A stretch of 64,000 nucleotides of DNA from Phoronis australis (GCA_002633005.1 NMRA01000404.1:20384-84383), one strand, 5' to 3'. Shown: positions 39,666 through 52,930, numbered from the stretch's first letter. Program-made: numbers and translations. The notes: generated by a model from the letters alone, not told the origin.

Positions 39666-41496
39666 AGTCCTTGTCTCATGCGTTGTTAACCCTTATTACA
39701 TGGTTAGAAGATGTTATAAGGATCCAAGAAGTACCTACCCCATAACTAATACACGATCCGTACTCGAAAACAGTTTAAATGAATGCGCCACTCACGATTC
39801 GCACCCGAAGAAACACCGCCATTTTGAACTTGCCGCGAACCCGGAAGTACAATTCATTCAGGAACCCAGGCCGAGAAAACGCCGTCAGTGCGACTCGAGC
39901 AGTGCCTGTACTGTTACCAGCCAGCAAACGGGGATAAAATGATCGACAGCGCGCCTTAATTTTAATAAAATCAAACTACAGACAATTTTATCGAATTTGC
40001 TGAAGAAATGTGGCGAATAAATTTTGACAGAAATTATTTTGCCAGACTCGGGACCGCAGCCTATCGGACCCGGTGCGGATCGAGACCAGACACTGGCGAA
40101 CGGTAAATGCATGCGGTTGCAAGCTGTTTTGTCGAAGTAAAATGGTCAAATGATAAATGCTGCATATATTCAAGGGTAGTTTCAGACACTTGCATGAAAT
40201 TACGGGCTGGTTAGTCCTGTGTCACACTGCCGCGGCAGACCTTAGTTAGCCTCAGTCACCAGCTACCAGTGAAGACTATAGTCAAAATACAGCTTGTTAG
40301 TAGGCCTATACAGCCTCCCGTTCAGTAGCGCTAGGACCTCGCTAAGAAGCAAGACTTCGCGAGATTACGTGAGATATTGCCGTGTATTTTAAATGAGAAC
40401 ATGTGACTTTGACTAGGATTTTGCAAGGTCCTAGCGTAGGTCCTAGCGTCTACTGAACGCACGCCAGCTTTGCGCCAAGACTACCCTTAGGCCTAACTGG
40501 TCGCTGGCCACAAACACAAAAAACACGAAAATTGAACAAAGTTTCTTTTTTGTAGCAACGTTTGTCAAAATGTATCAACGTTAAATCTTCACAAATTACA
40601 AAGTAGCCGATTGAACATGCCTTTCAGTTCAGCAAAAGTCGACATTGTAGGTGCCGCCAGAAATGAGACGAAGTCCAACGGGAATTGTGAGCACATTTAT
40701 CACTTAATGAGTAACAACTGCGAGGCTGAAATTTGGTGAACACTGCTAAATCGTGCAGAATAGTAAGTAAAGATATGTCTAACTAAATTTCACCGTAATT
40801 TGTTGGCGAAAACAATTTACACAAAGTTTTAAACTCGTAACTCATCCCGCTGTCCTCCAATATGGCCGACGCGATCCAAACAAAGTGACCCAAATTTCGC
40901 CACAAAACTTGCAATAACTTTACAGTGCTTGCCCCGATTTTGATACTTTTTCGATTTTTACTGAGTAGAATGTACTACCTTTCCGATGATAGCAAAGTAC
41001 TTTTTCAAAACGAGGAAAAAAATAAAACCGAAAAAAAATTGGTTCGACCCATATTGGTTCCTAGGTTCGACCGGCCTACGTAAGGAACTAAACACCAATG
41101 CTATTTTAACATACTAAGTACGCGTAACATTCCAAAAAAAATAACGACCACTAACTACAAACTATAAATACACTACATATGCAAACGAATCACGATATAT
41201 TACTAATAAAACAAAATAATGAAGACTTTTCGAGCAAGCCATAGCACATTCAGTTACAAGGAAAAAATGGCGGCGTTCAGGACAAGTTCCTGAACTGATG
41301 AGCCGGAAATGTGGGTACGGAAATAACCGATGACAACCGGTAATCATACGCTCAGAGAAAAGGGTCAAATACGGTTGAAAAATCGCTTTTGGCAAGAAAG
41401 GCGAAAAGAATGTAAAGAAAGGGTGTCGAAAATAAGATTTTATGTAGTAAGTATTTTCGGATACCAGAACCACATGGGCAGTTTGCAACAAGGACT
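39666..41496. mobile_element. Non-autonomous Kolobok-like element (TTAA TSD)
   Basis: TTAA|AGTCCTTGT … ACAAGGACT|TTAA: 9-bp TIR with AG/CT termini. Both halves recur inverted at 46003-49350 and 52945-53875. Confidence 0.7.
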
Positions 41497-41829
41497 TTAA
41501 ATCTTAAAAATATGTCGATAATTTACTACAGAAACGTAGAAAAATACATTATTTAGAGAACAGTCAATGCACCAAAGAGTTGTCTGACGAAAGGATAAAT
41601 TTTTTCGGAAAACTAGCTTCGAATCATAAAAAGTAAATGTGACCAAATTGCGGTGATCGTAGTGTTACGGATTAGATATTGTGGTGAATGCAGGTTTACG
41701 TTTCTTCTAACTTGTAAATTGTTGATAATGCTTTCTACACGAACCAGGTCATCTGCTCATATTGTTATAAGATAGTAAAACTACTAAAATTAAAACAGCG
41801 GGCATCGGTTCTAAAATATATTAAAATAT

Positions 41830-42100
41830 CCCCACGTTTCGAGCGATGCGCTCTTTGTCAGGGGTGTGCTACAGCACTACTTCTTGAGGGGCCTCATTAT
41901 CCGAGGGCAAAGGTGCCTATGTCTTCTCAGAGGGAAATTTTTTCGTTGAGTGAGGGGAAAAATCTACCTCCCGATCACCATCAATAGCACCCTCGCCCTT
42001 ATTGCAAGTTCTCATAGGCTCTGTCTCAAGTAGCATTTTGTGCTCTTTCAAATTGTCACCTGTGTGGTTAGGTGATTTGAACTTCGAAGAGAAATTTTCA
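41830..42100 (-). pseudogene. Decayed Penelope-like 3' end followed by a degenerate hammerhead (41830-41864)
   Basis: Minus strand gives frameshifted ELAIR…LL.VI…PSLNEK, resembling the PLE GIY-YIG terminus, then ccc-CUGACAA-a-GAGCG(cau)CGCUC-GAAAC-GU-g-ggg. Confidence 0.5.
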
Positions 42101-42184
42101 ATCACTAGGGGAATTCGCGTGATTTTTGAATATTTTTGAGAGGGGAATAGGGATGATATTCAGCCCCAAAATCGAGGGACTGTC

Positions 42185-42440
42185 ACATTGAGTAAGGATA
42201 TGGGTCTCCCAGTTTTTCAAATAATGTTTACTTTGATCTGCTCCCTAAGGGTCCTTTATGCAGGTATCACTCCCTCTTTCTGTGTTGATGATAAATGACC
42301 AACAACAAAACCAATATTAAGTGAGTGAACAACGAAATGTCCAATGTCAGCCCAAAAAAATTCAGAAATTCTGAAAAACTATCAGAGTCTGTGCTGTTGT
42401 TGTTTTTCATTTTTTCAAGCATTGAGTAACTTTTTCATGT
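42185..42440 (-). pseudogene. L1/Tx1 RT N-terminal fragment
   Basis: FFWADIGHFVVHSLNIGFVVGHLSSTQKEGVI … KHYLKNW/RPISLLNV (frameshifted). Confidence 0.75.
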
Positions 42441-42519
42441 GTAAGGAGAGAGCCTTCTAATATTTCTTTTTTCAGTCTCATTTTTATGATACAAATAAAC
42501 ACCCCTAGAAGCACATGTT

Positions 42520-43330
42520 TGTAGTGCTGTATTTCGCCAAGTATGTTGCTCTGCCATCAATTTTATTTTTTTTAATTCCCACTCTAATGAGGTTGCATTT
42601 TTCGTCTGATTTCCACGAAATTCACACACAACGTCAAGTTCTGGATGAACTGGATCCCTGTTGTTTTTGGTCATGATCAGATTCAAGATGGCATACGTGG
42701 TGGCCATTTTGTTTTCAATTTCATATTCAAATGCTCCTGAGGCCGTAATTTTTGATGTATTGGTTGAAGCTCAGTACAATTATTGCAGCAAACGGGTACT
42801 AAAGATGTGCCATAAATCATCAACATCCGGTCAATGATGGCGGAAATATTGGCCATTGTGCATGGGCAAAAACATTTTCTCCTGTAGAGGGTGCAATGTA
42901 GACCCAATTGTTTCGAAATTTTTCATGTATTAGTTTCTTGTGAGTAGCTATTGTCAAGTGCAGGTGAACTAAAAGTTGTATTCAAAATGGCTGACCTAGC
43001 ATATTTGCATCAACTTTAATCGTGCTGGGGTGCCACCTTGAATGGGAAGAGTAAATGACATGAATTTTTGCATGTGGATTCTCTGATAAAGATATTGAGC
43101 AAATATCCCTTTTGGAACCAAAGAAAAGGAATCTGCTCAAAAAAAGGGATCTTTGGTCAATATTTTTATCACTTAAATGGAATCCAGTAATATACATAGT
43201 ATCGTAGATTCTCTGAGGTATACTCTTTCAAATGTCCTTTAACATTTTTTCTCATACTTACTGTTTTTGAGTTATTTGACTTGAAATTTCCAAAAAATGC
43301 AAAATTTGAAATTTTTTGAAATTATCACGG
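42520..43330 (+). mobile_element. Repeat family A, copy 3
   Basis: Shares tatttcgccaagtatgttgc with 25241 and caagatggc..gtggccattttgttttca with 433-470. Confidence 0.65.
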
Positions 43331-43403
43331 AATCTTGTGAAACTGCTCCATCAGCTGACGTTCAATCAGATCTTGCTTTATTACGTATGCATGTACCCAA
43401 ATA

Positions 43404-43428
43404 TGTGTGTGTGTGTGTGTGCGTGTGT
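43404..43428. repeat. (TG)n microsatellite
   Basis: tgtgtgtgtgtgtgtgtgcgtgtgt. Confidence 0.9.
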
Positions 43429-44739
43429 CTGCAGATGGTCTGGCACATGTTATACCAGACGTGTGCAGGTCGGGCATGTGGGCCCATTGCGCTGATCACT
43501 TGGAACTAGTTAATGCTTTCTTAGAATACGGGTTGGGTGGAGACACTCATGAACATAACCAGACAAGTGTAAACCCAGTAGTGTCAACAAGTTGTAAGCC
43601 TTAATTCTAAAATTTAATTGAACTCTGTTTAATGTTTTTATTACAAACAATACAATCTGCAGTAAGGAGACCTAAGTATATGTAGGATCTTTTTAATTTT
43701 TTTCTCTGTGGATAAATCTGTTACCTTCATTTCTAGTTAACTTTAAAATCAGCAGCCTGTTTTAGCATAGAAAAAAACGATTTTCCAGAAGAGGCTCACC
43801 TCAACCACATGGACTACTTGTCTACGTTCATTGGTTACAGAGCTGCTACTCAAGTCAAATGTGTGACCTGCCAGGTTCTTTTATTCACTGAGTTGCCATA
43901 ATATTGCGTCAATGATGTCTGTGTTGCATACAAAGATGCTGTGGAAAACGAAGACGAAACGTAGTTTGATCGTGAGGCAGTTGTGCATCTGCGTGCATCC
44001 GACCGTTGAGATCAAAATTGCACCGAGTTACAGCACATTGTCTGTAACTATATCCACAAGCACAGCAAGTTGTGAAAAAAAACATAAATCCTCACCCAAA
44101 TTCATTAGTTTCATTAGTAATTTGACGTTTCACTGATTCAGTCTCGTGCACACAGCGTGCTTTAATTACCGACTTGATTTCTATTATCCATTTTGTAGTT
44201 GACTTCTTGATATCAGCGTCTCGGCGTGTACTTCATATGTTGTGTATCACAAGAGCTTTTGACTTACTTACTGCTGAGTCCACTGTTGTCTTGGTGATAA
44301 TTACGTTAAGTACGCCCTGCCATTTCAGTTGACATTGCCAGTGAATATTGAAATAATGAACATGGTTTAGGCATGTAAGGTTTAACCATAAACGAGTTTT
44401 CAATGGATCACCTAGCTGTAGCATGACGCGTTTCATTTCTTCTCGACTTCAGCAAATTGGCTTAATTTGAATTTAGGTAAACAAGTTCTCAGAAACTGAT
44501 TGGTGAATTTCATTGAATCTTTCCAATTTTAACATTAATTATCATTCTCAAAAATGCTGTTAGGATTTTTACAAAAATGTTGAATAGGATTTTTTTACAA
44601 AAATGGCAAGTTAATATGGGGTACAAATCAAACTACACAAGTTATCGAAAATTCCCAACAGCGTTTTTGAGAGACATCAGCTAGTTGTCAATCTTGGTTT
44701 CATTGAAATGGGCGAAGGAGTATTTGTACTATGAACGTA

Positions 44740-45200
44740 CCTTGTTATAATCAAAATTTGTCTTAGAAAGGTGTGGCCTTGTTATAATAACAGTGATATG
44801 TAAGTATAAAGACGTCATTATTAACAGTAAAGCCATAGTATCTGTATGAGGGTTTATTACTATGTTAGACTTTGGTGTTAATAAAATGAACATTACTTGC
44901 TGTATTGAACCCAGGTGTTTAAGTACACTGGCTGACTGAAATGGGCATGAATAAGGGCTACACTGATACATAGTGACAGCTAAGTATTTATACATACTGG
45001 TTATTGCTTGGGTAATATAGGAGACTTTGATTTGTGTTCTTTTCGATAACGATTTAATTTAGTTGTGTTAAATTGAATCATGTGTAAAAGATTACCGTCC
45101 AATAGAAAGATGCCATCCAGTAGGTAGATGTTGTTCTATTAAGGAAGATGATGTTTCCTGTTTAGACAGATTCATAGTATTGGATTGCTGTGAGATGTAT
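44740..45200 (-). pseudogene. Possible highly decayed Penelope-like RT N-terminal fragment
   Basis: Weak motif echoes in the expected order: NLSKQE, LPKQ*P, SCPFQSASVL, TSLYLHI, LSKTNFDYN. Each is weak on its own. Confidence 0.25.
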
Positions 45201-46002
45201 TTCAAAAGGCTGCTTTCATTTTGTATCTTAACCAAATACACCTGTTATAACAAAATGGAAGGTATGGGCTGTTATAAAGTTATCTCTCAACAAATGTTTT
45301 GGATTAAGGTTTAAAAAGACTAACTTAATTTGCTGCCCTAAAGCACTGCTTGCACATGTATGTCAGTGTGCCATGCTTGTCGCACTTTTCAATATCCCAA
45401 GGTAGCTTTTCTAAGCTTGGAGGTAAGAATGTTGAATAAGTCACACCAGCATAATGCTTGTTATAGTAAGCTCTGTTTACATGATCCAATTTTCACCTTA
45501 AGTTTATCAATTTGCACTAGCTAAGGCGAAGTTTAGTTTCAATTGAGATTTAGTAAAGATTCAATTGAAATTCAATAGAAAATTAAATTTCTATTGAATA
45601 AGTTTATTGAATGAACACTGTCCTCCAGCAATCGATTGAATGGCTTTTGAGTATCTGTTGAATAACTGTTGAACAACTGAATAGTTATTGAGCTTCAAGA
45701 CTACCTCAATTGAATAGCAATTGAATTTCAGTTCTTACAGAATTTCTAGCTGTTCTGTATTGTATGGTTTTTGAATTTCAGGACTTTAAAAATTCTGGCT
45801 GTTCTGAATTGACTTGCTATTGAATTCGACTTGAGTATCGTACTGACTGACATGCATTTCATTGCCAACTTACAAGCGCCTTATTCAGCGGATGCGCATA
45901 CACCCCATTCAACCTCCATTTTACTAAAAAAAGTGACACGAAATACAATGAAAAAAATCAGAAATGTCAAATTTGTAAAAACTAAACAGTCTTAGACCTT
46001 AA

Positions 46003-49000
46003 AGTGGCTCCTGAGTATCTGAAAATACTTAGTAACTAAAATATTATTTTTGATACCTTTTCGTTATATTCTTTTCGCCTTTCGTGCCAGAAGTGCTTTT
46101 TTACCTGTAGTTGACCTTTCTCTGTGAGCAAATAAGTACCGGCTATCATCGGTTATTTCCGTACCCTCATTTCCAGCTCGTCAGTTTAGGAACTTGTAAT
46201 CAACGCCGCCATTTTTTCCTTGTAACTGAATGTGCTATCGCTTGCTCGAAAAGTCTTCATTTTTTGTTTTATTAGTAATATCTCGTGATTTGTTTGTATA
46301 TGTAGTGTATTTATAGTTCGTAGTTATTGTTTGTTAAATTTTTCGGAATGTTATGCATACTTATGTTTATTACCGTAATTGTTCGGGTTAACGCCCATGT
46401 TCAGTTAACCGCCCATTCCCGACTTTAAGTGGATTTTCGATTTAACCGCCCACTGCTCGGTTAACCGCCCATCCCTGACTTTTGCGATTTTTGAAGATTT
46501 CCAGTTAAGCGCCCACCTCTCGGTTAAGCGCCCATCCCTGACTTTTAAAGAATGAAGATTTAGCGCCTAGTGCTAAGGAAACGCGCGATTCCCCGACTTT
46601 TAGAAAAATATCGATGATCACAATGAGTGCAACGACGCCGGGACTCCCGAGACAGTGGTTTAGCAATCTGAATTACAATACAGGTAACGAGTTATTGTCT
46701 TGGGTCATGAACTCACTTCAAAATATAATACTTGAACCTTTTTGTCTCTTTATTTTCTTCCTTTGTTTGCAAAGTTTAAGAACGCCGCCGCCGTCAAAAC
46801 CTCCGCTTTCAGCGACTTTGTCTGCCGCGCTGAGTTTCCGTCTGCAGTGCACTAAATAAAACATATATTCGAAAAAATCAGGCCAGAAAAATGTGACAAT
46901 GGTTTTGCCAACTCTCCAAATTCTATTGAGGTGGGAAGCTCTCGTAATTTGAACAAATCTCATAACTCACGGAAAGATGTCAAATTCTCAATATTTTGAT
47001 GAATATAACTGCCGGGTTATAGAGGATGTGGGGCGACCGAAGGGACAGTACAAGTTCCTTACTGGGTTACCGATTTCGTTGCTGCCTGTCGATTTCTGAA
47101 TTCAAACGTTGGCAATAATGTATGTTTGTATGATCTTGAAGTAATAAAAAACGGCTAGTCAAATTTTGTTTTTAGCTTATTGCATCTCAGTCAAACTGGT
47201 TAGCAGATTTTAACTAATGTCGCTGGCTGTTCTTTACTATTCTTGCGTCAGCCTGCACGTAAGCGTGACTGTGTGAATTATCGTTTCCACATCCCCTTTA
47301 TAGCCATCCAGAATAATTTTGTTTATACATTGGCCATTTTCAGCCTAAACAAAAATTATTACCATTCGAGTCTGAAATATCTATGACGTAGACTGCTTGA
47401 CGATAGTGGGTAGGAGATTTACACAGCTAGTTACAGAATGGGCTCAGGGAGCATCGAGCCGGGAAATATGGCAATAGACTTGACATCGCAGTTTTGGGGA
47501 ACATTGGCAACGGAGGAATATCGTAAAGAACTAGGTCTTTCGTAACAACAGCTAAAAGCACATAGTCACGCCCATTTTTGTTACTTCGGACTGTCGCTAT
47601 GTGTGACTGATTTGTAGTGGTGCAAGTGCGCAAGTTCCCACACTTTGGAGTGCATGTTACCTTGACACCAACATGTGATTGACAGGTGACTCACACGTAG
47701 GCCCTACGTGCGTGCTGAATACCGCCACTATCTTTGGCCATAAAAAACGAGATGCATTACTTGACGCCATTTCCAAGTCACGATTGTCAGCCCGGCAACT
47801 GAGACATTGCGCGATAACAGCGGGACCGAACAGTGCCGCAGTGCGATTTTACAAGTGATATAAATAGGATAATCTGGACATCTTAATGAAAAATAAATGT
47901 TTTTCCACCACGAAGTTTGGTAAGGTGATCGTTTAGAATAATGAATTGAAACATTGCTGTTTTCTGACATTTTGTAGCATATTTATGCAGTTGCTTGAAA
48001 TTTTATTCTTGATCGACGACTGGCTCGACCACCCCCGATCCTTGTCTTAATACTTTGCATAGCATGTTTGGTGCAACGACTAGAGAGCAATGCCGGGCTG
48101 TCGAGATGACAGCTAGCCGCAGAACCATACGCTGAAAATGTCATTGAGTCACGGAGTGTCAACTATAACATTCCAAACACAAAAAAACAACAGAGTTAAG
48201 TTTTTCAAACTTTCATTACAACCAATTTTAAAACTGCTGTAGGAGTCAGAACTTGACAGCTACATATAATACGAGACTGTAACCATAAATTTGATGTCTG
48301 ACCTCTGCACCGCGTGAAGCTTGCACTCGCGCACTTAAGCAGGGTCACATCATGACAGTGTTTATTCTAGTGGAGGCTGCGAGGTCACTGGTCGTCTGCG
48401 CACCGCAGGACGGCACGGGGCTATTACTCAGCAATTTTGTAAATTTAATAGTGAATGACTAATCTTAGGGCAAGAGAACCTTTGTTGGGATCATCCGCTG
48501 TTATGATGTTTTCACAGTCATTTGCCGACGTGACGATAAAGCTCTTTGAAAAGGGCTACGCGTTCCGAGTATGATTGTCGTGTCGGGATTTAGATCGCCA
48601 GGTAAGATTAATCGCCCAGGGCGGTTGTCTGTCGTAATAAGCGCCCATGTTCGGTTAACCGCCCATCCCCTACTTTAGGTGGATTTTCGATTTAAGCGCC
48701 CACTGCTCGGTTAACCGCCCTCCCCCGATTTTTTGAAGTCACCAATTTAACCGCCCAGGGCGTTAACGCGAACGATTACGGTATGTTAAAATAGTATTGA
48801 TGTTTAGTTCCTGTGAGGGCTTTCGAACCAAAAAAATTTTTTTTGTTTTGAAATTTTTTCTTTTGTTTTGAAAAAGTACTTTCTTGTCATCGAAAAGATA
48901 TTGCATCCTACTCAGTAAAAATTAAGAAAGTATCAAAAACGGGGCAAGCAGTGCAAAGTTATTGCAATTTTTGTGGCGATATTTGGGTCAATTTGTTTGG

Positions 49001-49350
49001 ATCGGGTCAGCCATCTTGGACGACAACGGGATTAGTTATGAGTATAAAACTTTGTGTAAATTGTTTTCGCCAACAATTTACAGTGAAATTTAGTGAGACA
49101 CATTTTTACTTGCTATTCAACAGTTTTCACCAATTTTCAGCCTCGCAGTTGTTACTTTTTTATTAAGTGATAAATATGCTCACAATTCCCGTTGGACTTA
49201 GAGTCATTTCTGTGGGCACCGACAACATGGCGACTTTTGCTGAACTGAAAGGCATGTTCAATGGGTTACTTTGTGTGAAGATTTAACGTTGATAGATTTT
49301 ATCAAACGTTGCTACAAAAATGGAACTTTGTTCAATTTTCATGTATTTGT
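46003..49350 (-). mobile_element. Inverted relative of the right half of 39666-41496, interrupted by a MITE at 46373-48781
   Basis: Begins TTAA|AGTGG. 46003-46370 and 48784-49350 are reverse complements of ~41110-41474 and ~40520-41110. Confidence 0.75.
46373..48781. mobile_element. Second Tc2/pogo-like non-autonomous element, 2.4 kb
   Basis: TA|CCGTAATTGTTCGGGTTAACGCCC … GGGCGTTAACGCGAACGATTACGG|TA, with multiple subterminal ttaa(c/g)cgccca repeats. Confidence 0.85.
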
Positions 49351-50360
49351 GCAAAAAAATGTAAGGTATATTGGAATTGTTCTACTGAGTATTTCCCATT
49401 CAGGGGATCTTACACTTAACTAAAAAATAGTTGAAATAATTTTGAAATGGTTTTTTGTTTGACTATCAACTGCTGTTCAAGGCTTGATTAGGTGTCACAA
49501 AATGATTCATATTTTTCTAAATTTTAAGTCTAAATTGCTTTGAAGTCATGTTTTGTGACTTGTCGCTTTCTTAATTCAGGTTATGAAGTCAACAATATGA
49601 AGAATCTTTCGATAAATAAGCTATGTTGGATTGTGAAACTTCAAGCCTCCAATTCTTGTTCCTTCCAACTTTACATTTTTTAATCATGCTTGTCAAATTC
49701 TGGTGTAAGGAAACACTATTTGGTTACCATGGTAATAGTTACATGCATGTCCACTTTCATATCATGAAAACTTGTGCTGTTGGATAGTGTTTGTAATGCT
49801 TAAATGTTATAAAGTAATATGCATTCTAAGTTCCTTATTATGGTAAAAGGTTGAATCAGTTCAGCTTACATAGTGTTCCTATACTGAGATTATTCCAATT
49901 TTGACTGATGTACAGTAGATGTAAATGTCAACTATCTTGAAAGTCTTTAAGTATACACTTTATTCACGTTAAGACAAAAATGCAGTTAATACAAATTTAA
50001 TGCTTATGGAGACTTTGTGGAGGAATTGAAACCAAATATAGAATTCCTGAAAGCACTTGATTTTGATTTGAACTGTGGAACACCTAAGGGATTAAAGGCG
50101 AAGACAACCTTTTTCCATGTCATTTTGAGCTAAAATAAGGTTGGTTGGTTATCCTAGACATATTTTCCACTTAATTACAGCTTTTCGTAATTTTATTAAT
50201 TACTCGTCCGCTACTGCGGAAGTGACGTTTTAGGAGGCAAGCATTTCGCGCCAACTTCTTTTCATATAGTCTGACTGTGAGAGCTGCCTAGTCAGTCATT
50301 GTTCTACCTCGGTTATGTTAAGTTCCGTCGTCGTTTGCTTTCATTTACTAGTCAGTTAAC

Positions 50361-51431
50361 ATGCCACACTGTTGCTGCGTACCGGAATGTACTAATTATC
50401 GGCTCACGCGCGCTTTGGGAGTGCCTTTGCATCGCTTTCCGATGATGACACACTTCGCCGTACTTGGCTCGTTCGTGTGAAGAACGCAGCGTTACCCGTC
50501 CACGCAACGTACAAAGCAGTGGAGAATTACCGTGTGTGTGGCAAGCACTTTCTGCCGTCCGATTACGAAAGGAATCTGTACGCTGAACTGATGAAGGTCC
50601 CTGCGAAACAACGCCTGAAGAAGGATGCCATTCCGTCTGTGTTGATTCCCGGCAGTGCCCCGTCGCCACCCCCGAGAAGTGCGTTTTTGAAGCGAGAAGC
50701 CTCGCGAGCTGTGGCCAGTACAGTGACTGGAGCCAGTGGAGGCACTTCATCTACTGTCACCCGTGCCTCCGAACGTACCCCAGAGCGTGCAATTCCTGGA
50801 ACCAGTAGTGATTCGCCCTGTGCTGTTTTCTCCAGCCCAGAGCCTCTAAGCAGCCCTGCAGCGATATTGAGTAGTGGGAGTGATTACAGGCCCAGTTCGA
50901 CACCCAGTGAAGAGGACAGTTCGTCGTCCAGTGAACAGATCGGTGAGCCAAACTTTGATAAGTTTATTGTGGACTTGTCTAAAGTGTTGGAGCTATTTAG
51001 AAGGTGCCAGGTGTGTGGCGAGGGAGTCACACGACACAATGTAAGCAGTTTGGGTGCTCAGGTCACCATCCAGTGGGAGTGTGTCACGGGACACTCTGGC
51101 AAGTGGGACAGTTGTTCCTCTGTCCGTGGTATGCCGGAGGTCCACTTAACCATGTCCAGTGGTGTGCTCTTCACTGGAAACACGTTTCAGTCGGTGAAGA
51201 CAATGATGGACTTTGGAAAAGTCAAGTTTTTTTTCGAAAACAACATTCAACAACATTCAGAATTCCTATTTAATACCAGTTGTCAATGACGCATACATGT
51301 CACAACATCTCGAGTTGGTGGCGGAATTCATGGAGAAGGAGAACTTGTCTGACTCACCAGGGCGGTCCGCCAAGTATACCACATACACTCTAATGGAGGA
51401 AGAGACCAAAAAGATAATTGATGTGGAACTC
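50361..51431 (+). pseudogene. Kolobok THAP-DDE transposase, 5' half
   Basis: THAP domain MPHCCCVPECTN…LHRFP/DDTLRRTW…RVCGKHF…DAIPS (frameshift ~50441). Then FIVDLSKVLELFRRCQVC…WECVTGHSGKWDS and, after a poly-T frameshift at ~51230, DSPGRSAKYTTYTLME…KIIDVEL, where it is truncated. Confidence 0.9.
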
Positions 51432-51701
51432 GGAACAGCACAAGCATTCAATTGAGGTAGGCATAACAACGCACACAGTGCATTTGCACCAAGATGTGTC
51501 ACCACGTCTGTCCTCAGTAGCCGCCTCGTTTCTCTCAACAGCTGCCTGTGCCTGTGTGTACTCTGCCTCGTTGTACTCGGGCTCAAACATGTACCCACCC
51601 ACTGAATGTCCGTGAAAAAATTCCTCGTCACCACTGCTGTGAACAAGGTCTCCGTCACTCACACTACTGTCACTGTGATACGGGTCACCGACTCCAGCCA
51701 T
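51426..51701 (-). pseudogene. KolX accessory protein (P2X7 ballast-like Cys-rich domain), 5' part
   Basis: MAGVGDP…GYMFEPEY…RRGDTSWCKCTVCVVMPTSIECLCCSE fits the Y.FEP…WCxCxxCxxMPTxxECxCCxE signature. Confidence 0.88.
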
Positions 51702-52608
51702 TTTCAGCTTACAACACACTAAACAATCCCTAAATCCAACGCAGTTGAGTTCTCTACTAACCTATCTTGCCGCAGAATACTCGCCGATGGAAAGTGGTGG
51801 CGACAATTGGTGAAAAATAGCACAAAACAAAAGTAGAATAGAACAGATTCGCACAGTAAAGTCAACGCAAAACCAAGTGGCGGGAAACGCTTGCCTCCTA
51901 AAACGTCACTTCCGGAGTAGCGAACGAGTATTTAATAAAATTACGAAAAGCTGTAATTAAATGGAAAATATGTCTAGGATAACCAACCAACCTTATTTTA
52001 GCTCAAAATGACATGGAAAAAGGTTGCCTTTGCCTTTAAATCATAATGGTCCTCTGATTTATTCTTTCATTTCAATGATTGAGTGAACAAAGCATGATAT
52101 AATTAGCTTGGCACTGATATAATTTGTTCACTAGCATCTTCAGGCAACATTTCTTGATGCCTTGGCTTTACTATTTTTCAATAGAGTAATACATAAATTT
52201 TAAAAACATACAGTTGAAAACCAAGTTCACTGGAAGTTTTTCATTCCATGGGTTCTTGCAATTCTGTCATTGAGATTGCCACCTCCACTCAAATTACAAT
52301 TATCGATGTGGTTCAGTTGTAAGGTCACTTCCTTCGTACTGACTGCTTAATAAATAAAAAATTATTAGATTTTATATTGAACTTGTCATACTTATGTGCT
52401 CCAACGAGCCCCCTATTTGGAGTAACGGAAAAAGGTCTGCCTCAGTCAGAGAAGCAATAACTCTGAAAAAAGTAGAAAACGAGACAAAAGTCCACTAGAA
52501 GGCAGGAAGTACCAAAATTTGCATCTTCAGGTCATAGCTCTGAACATACCCAATGAATCTTATATTACCATAAAAGGTACACTTTCTCAAAATTTGAGAC
52601 CCCCATAT

Positions 52609-52930
52609 TTATGCGCCCACATATTTATATGTGGACACATTATGCCGTCATCTCCGTCTGTCCGGGCGGAGTCCGGCGTCCGCTGCTCTATCTCCAAAAC
52701 CCTTTGACATAAGTTCATGAAATATGGCATATATGTTCAATTCATGAATGGGACGGCATGTGCGAACTTTCGGATGTGGTATGTAGGCACCTATTAGTGA
52801 GACGACGCTATCCTCCCGTTTCAGATGGATTCGACATAGTTTGCGCCACCTAGTGGCCATTTTTACCATTTTCGAGTCTGTTTTTGCGTCCACCCCTCTA
52901 TCAACCAAACCGCTCAAAGGATGATTATGA
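52609..52930 (+). mobile_element. HINE 5' fragment
   Basis: TTATGCGCCCACATATTTATATGTGGACACAT plus gtcc repeats and one array unit containing GCGCCACCTAGTGG (52843). Confidence 0.8.

Larger units (their letters stand above)
50096..52035 (+). mobile_element. Kolobok DNA transposon, internally deleted
   Basis: TTAA at 50092-95 and 52036-39; termini AGGCGAAGACAACC / GGTTGCCTTTGCCT; ~160-bp near-identical TIRs (50096-50253 vs ~51877-52035); convergent THAP-transposase and KolX remnants. Confidence 0.93.

Noticed and set aside
41290-41330. CTGATGAGCC…GGAAA
   Set aside because: No valid stem II or III, and it lies inside a DNA-transposon arm.
40520-49350. One large foldback element with ~1-kb TIRs
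   Set aside because: The TTAA-bounded termini (41496 and 46003) face inward, so these are two separate inverted copies.
50585-50615. CTGATGA…GAAAC hammerhead-like text
   Set aside because: Stem II does not close, stems I and III are absent, and it lies in THAP coding sequence.
50352-51733. Several overlapping alternative ORFs within the Kolobok element
   Set aside because: Shadow frames of GC-richer coding sequence; only the THAP-transposase and KolX frames carry recognisable motifs.
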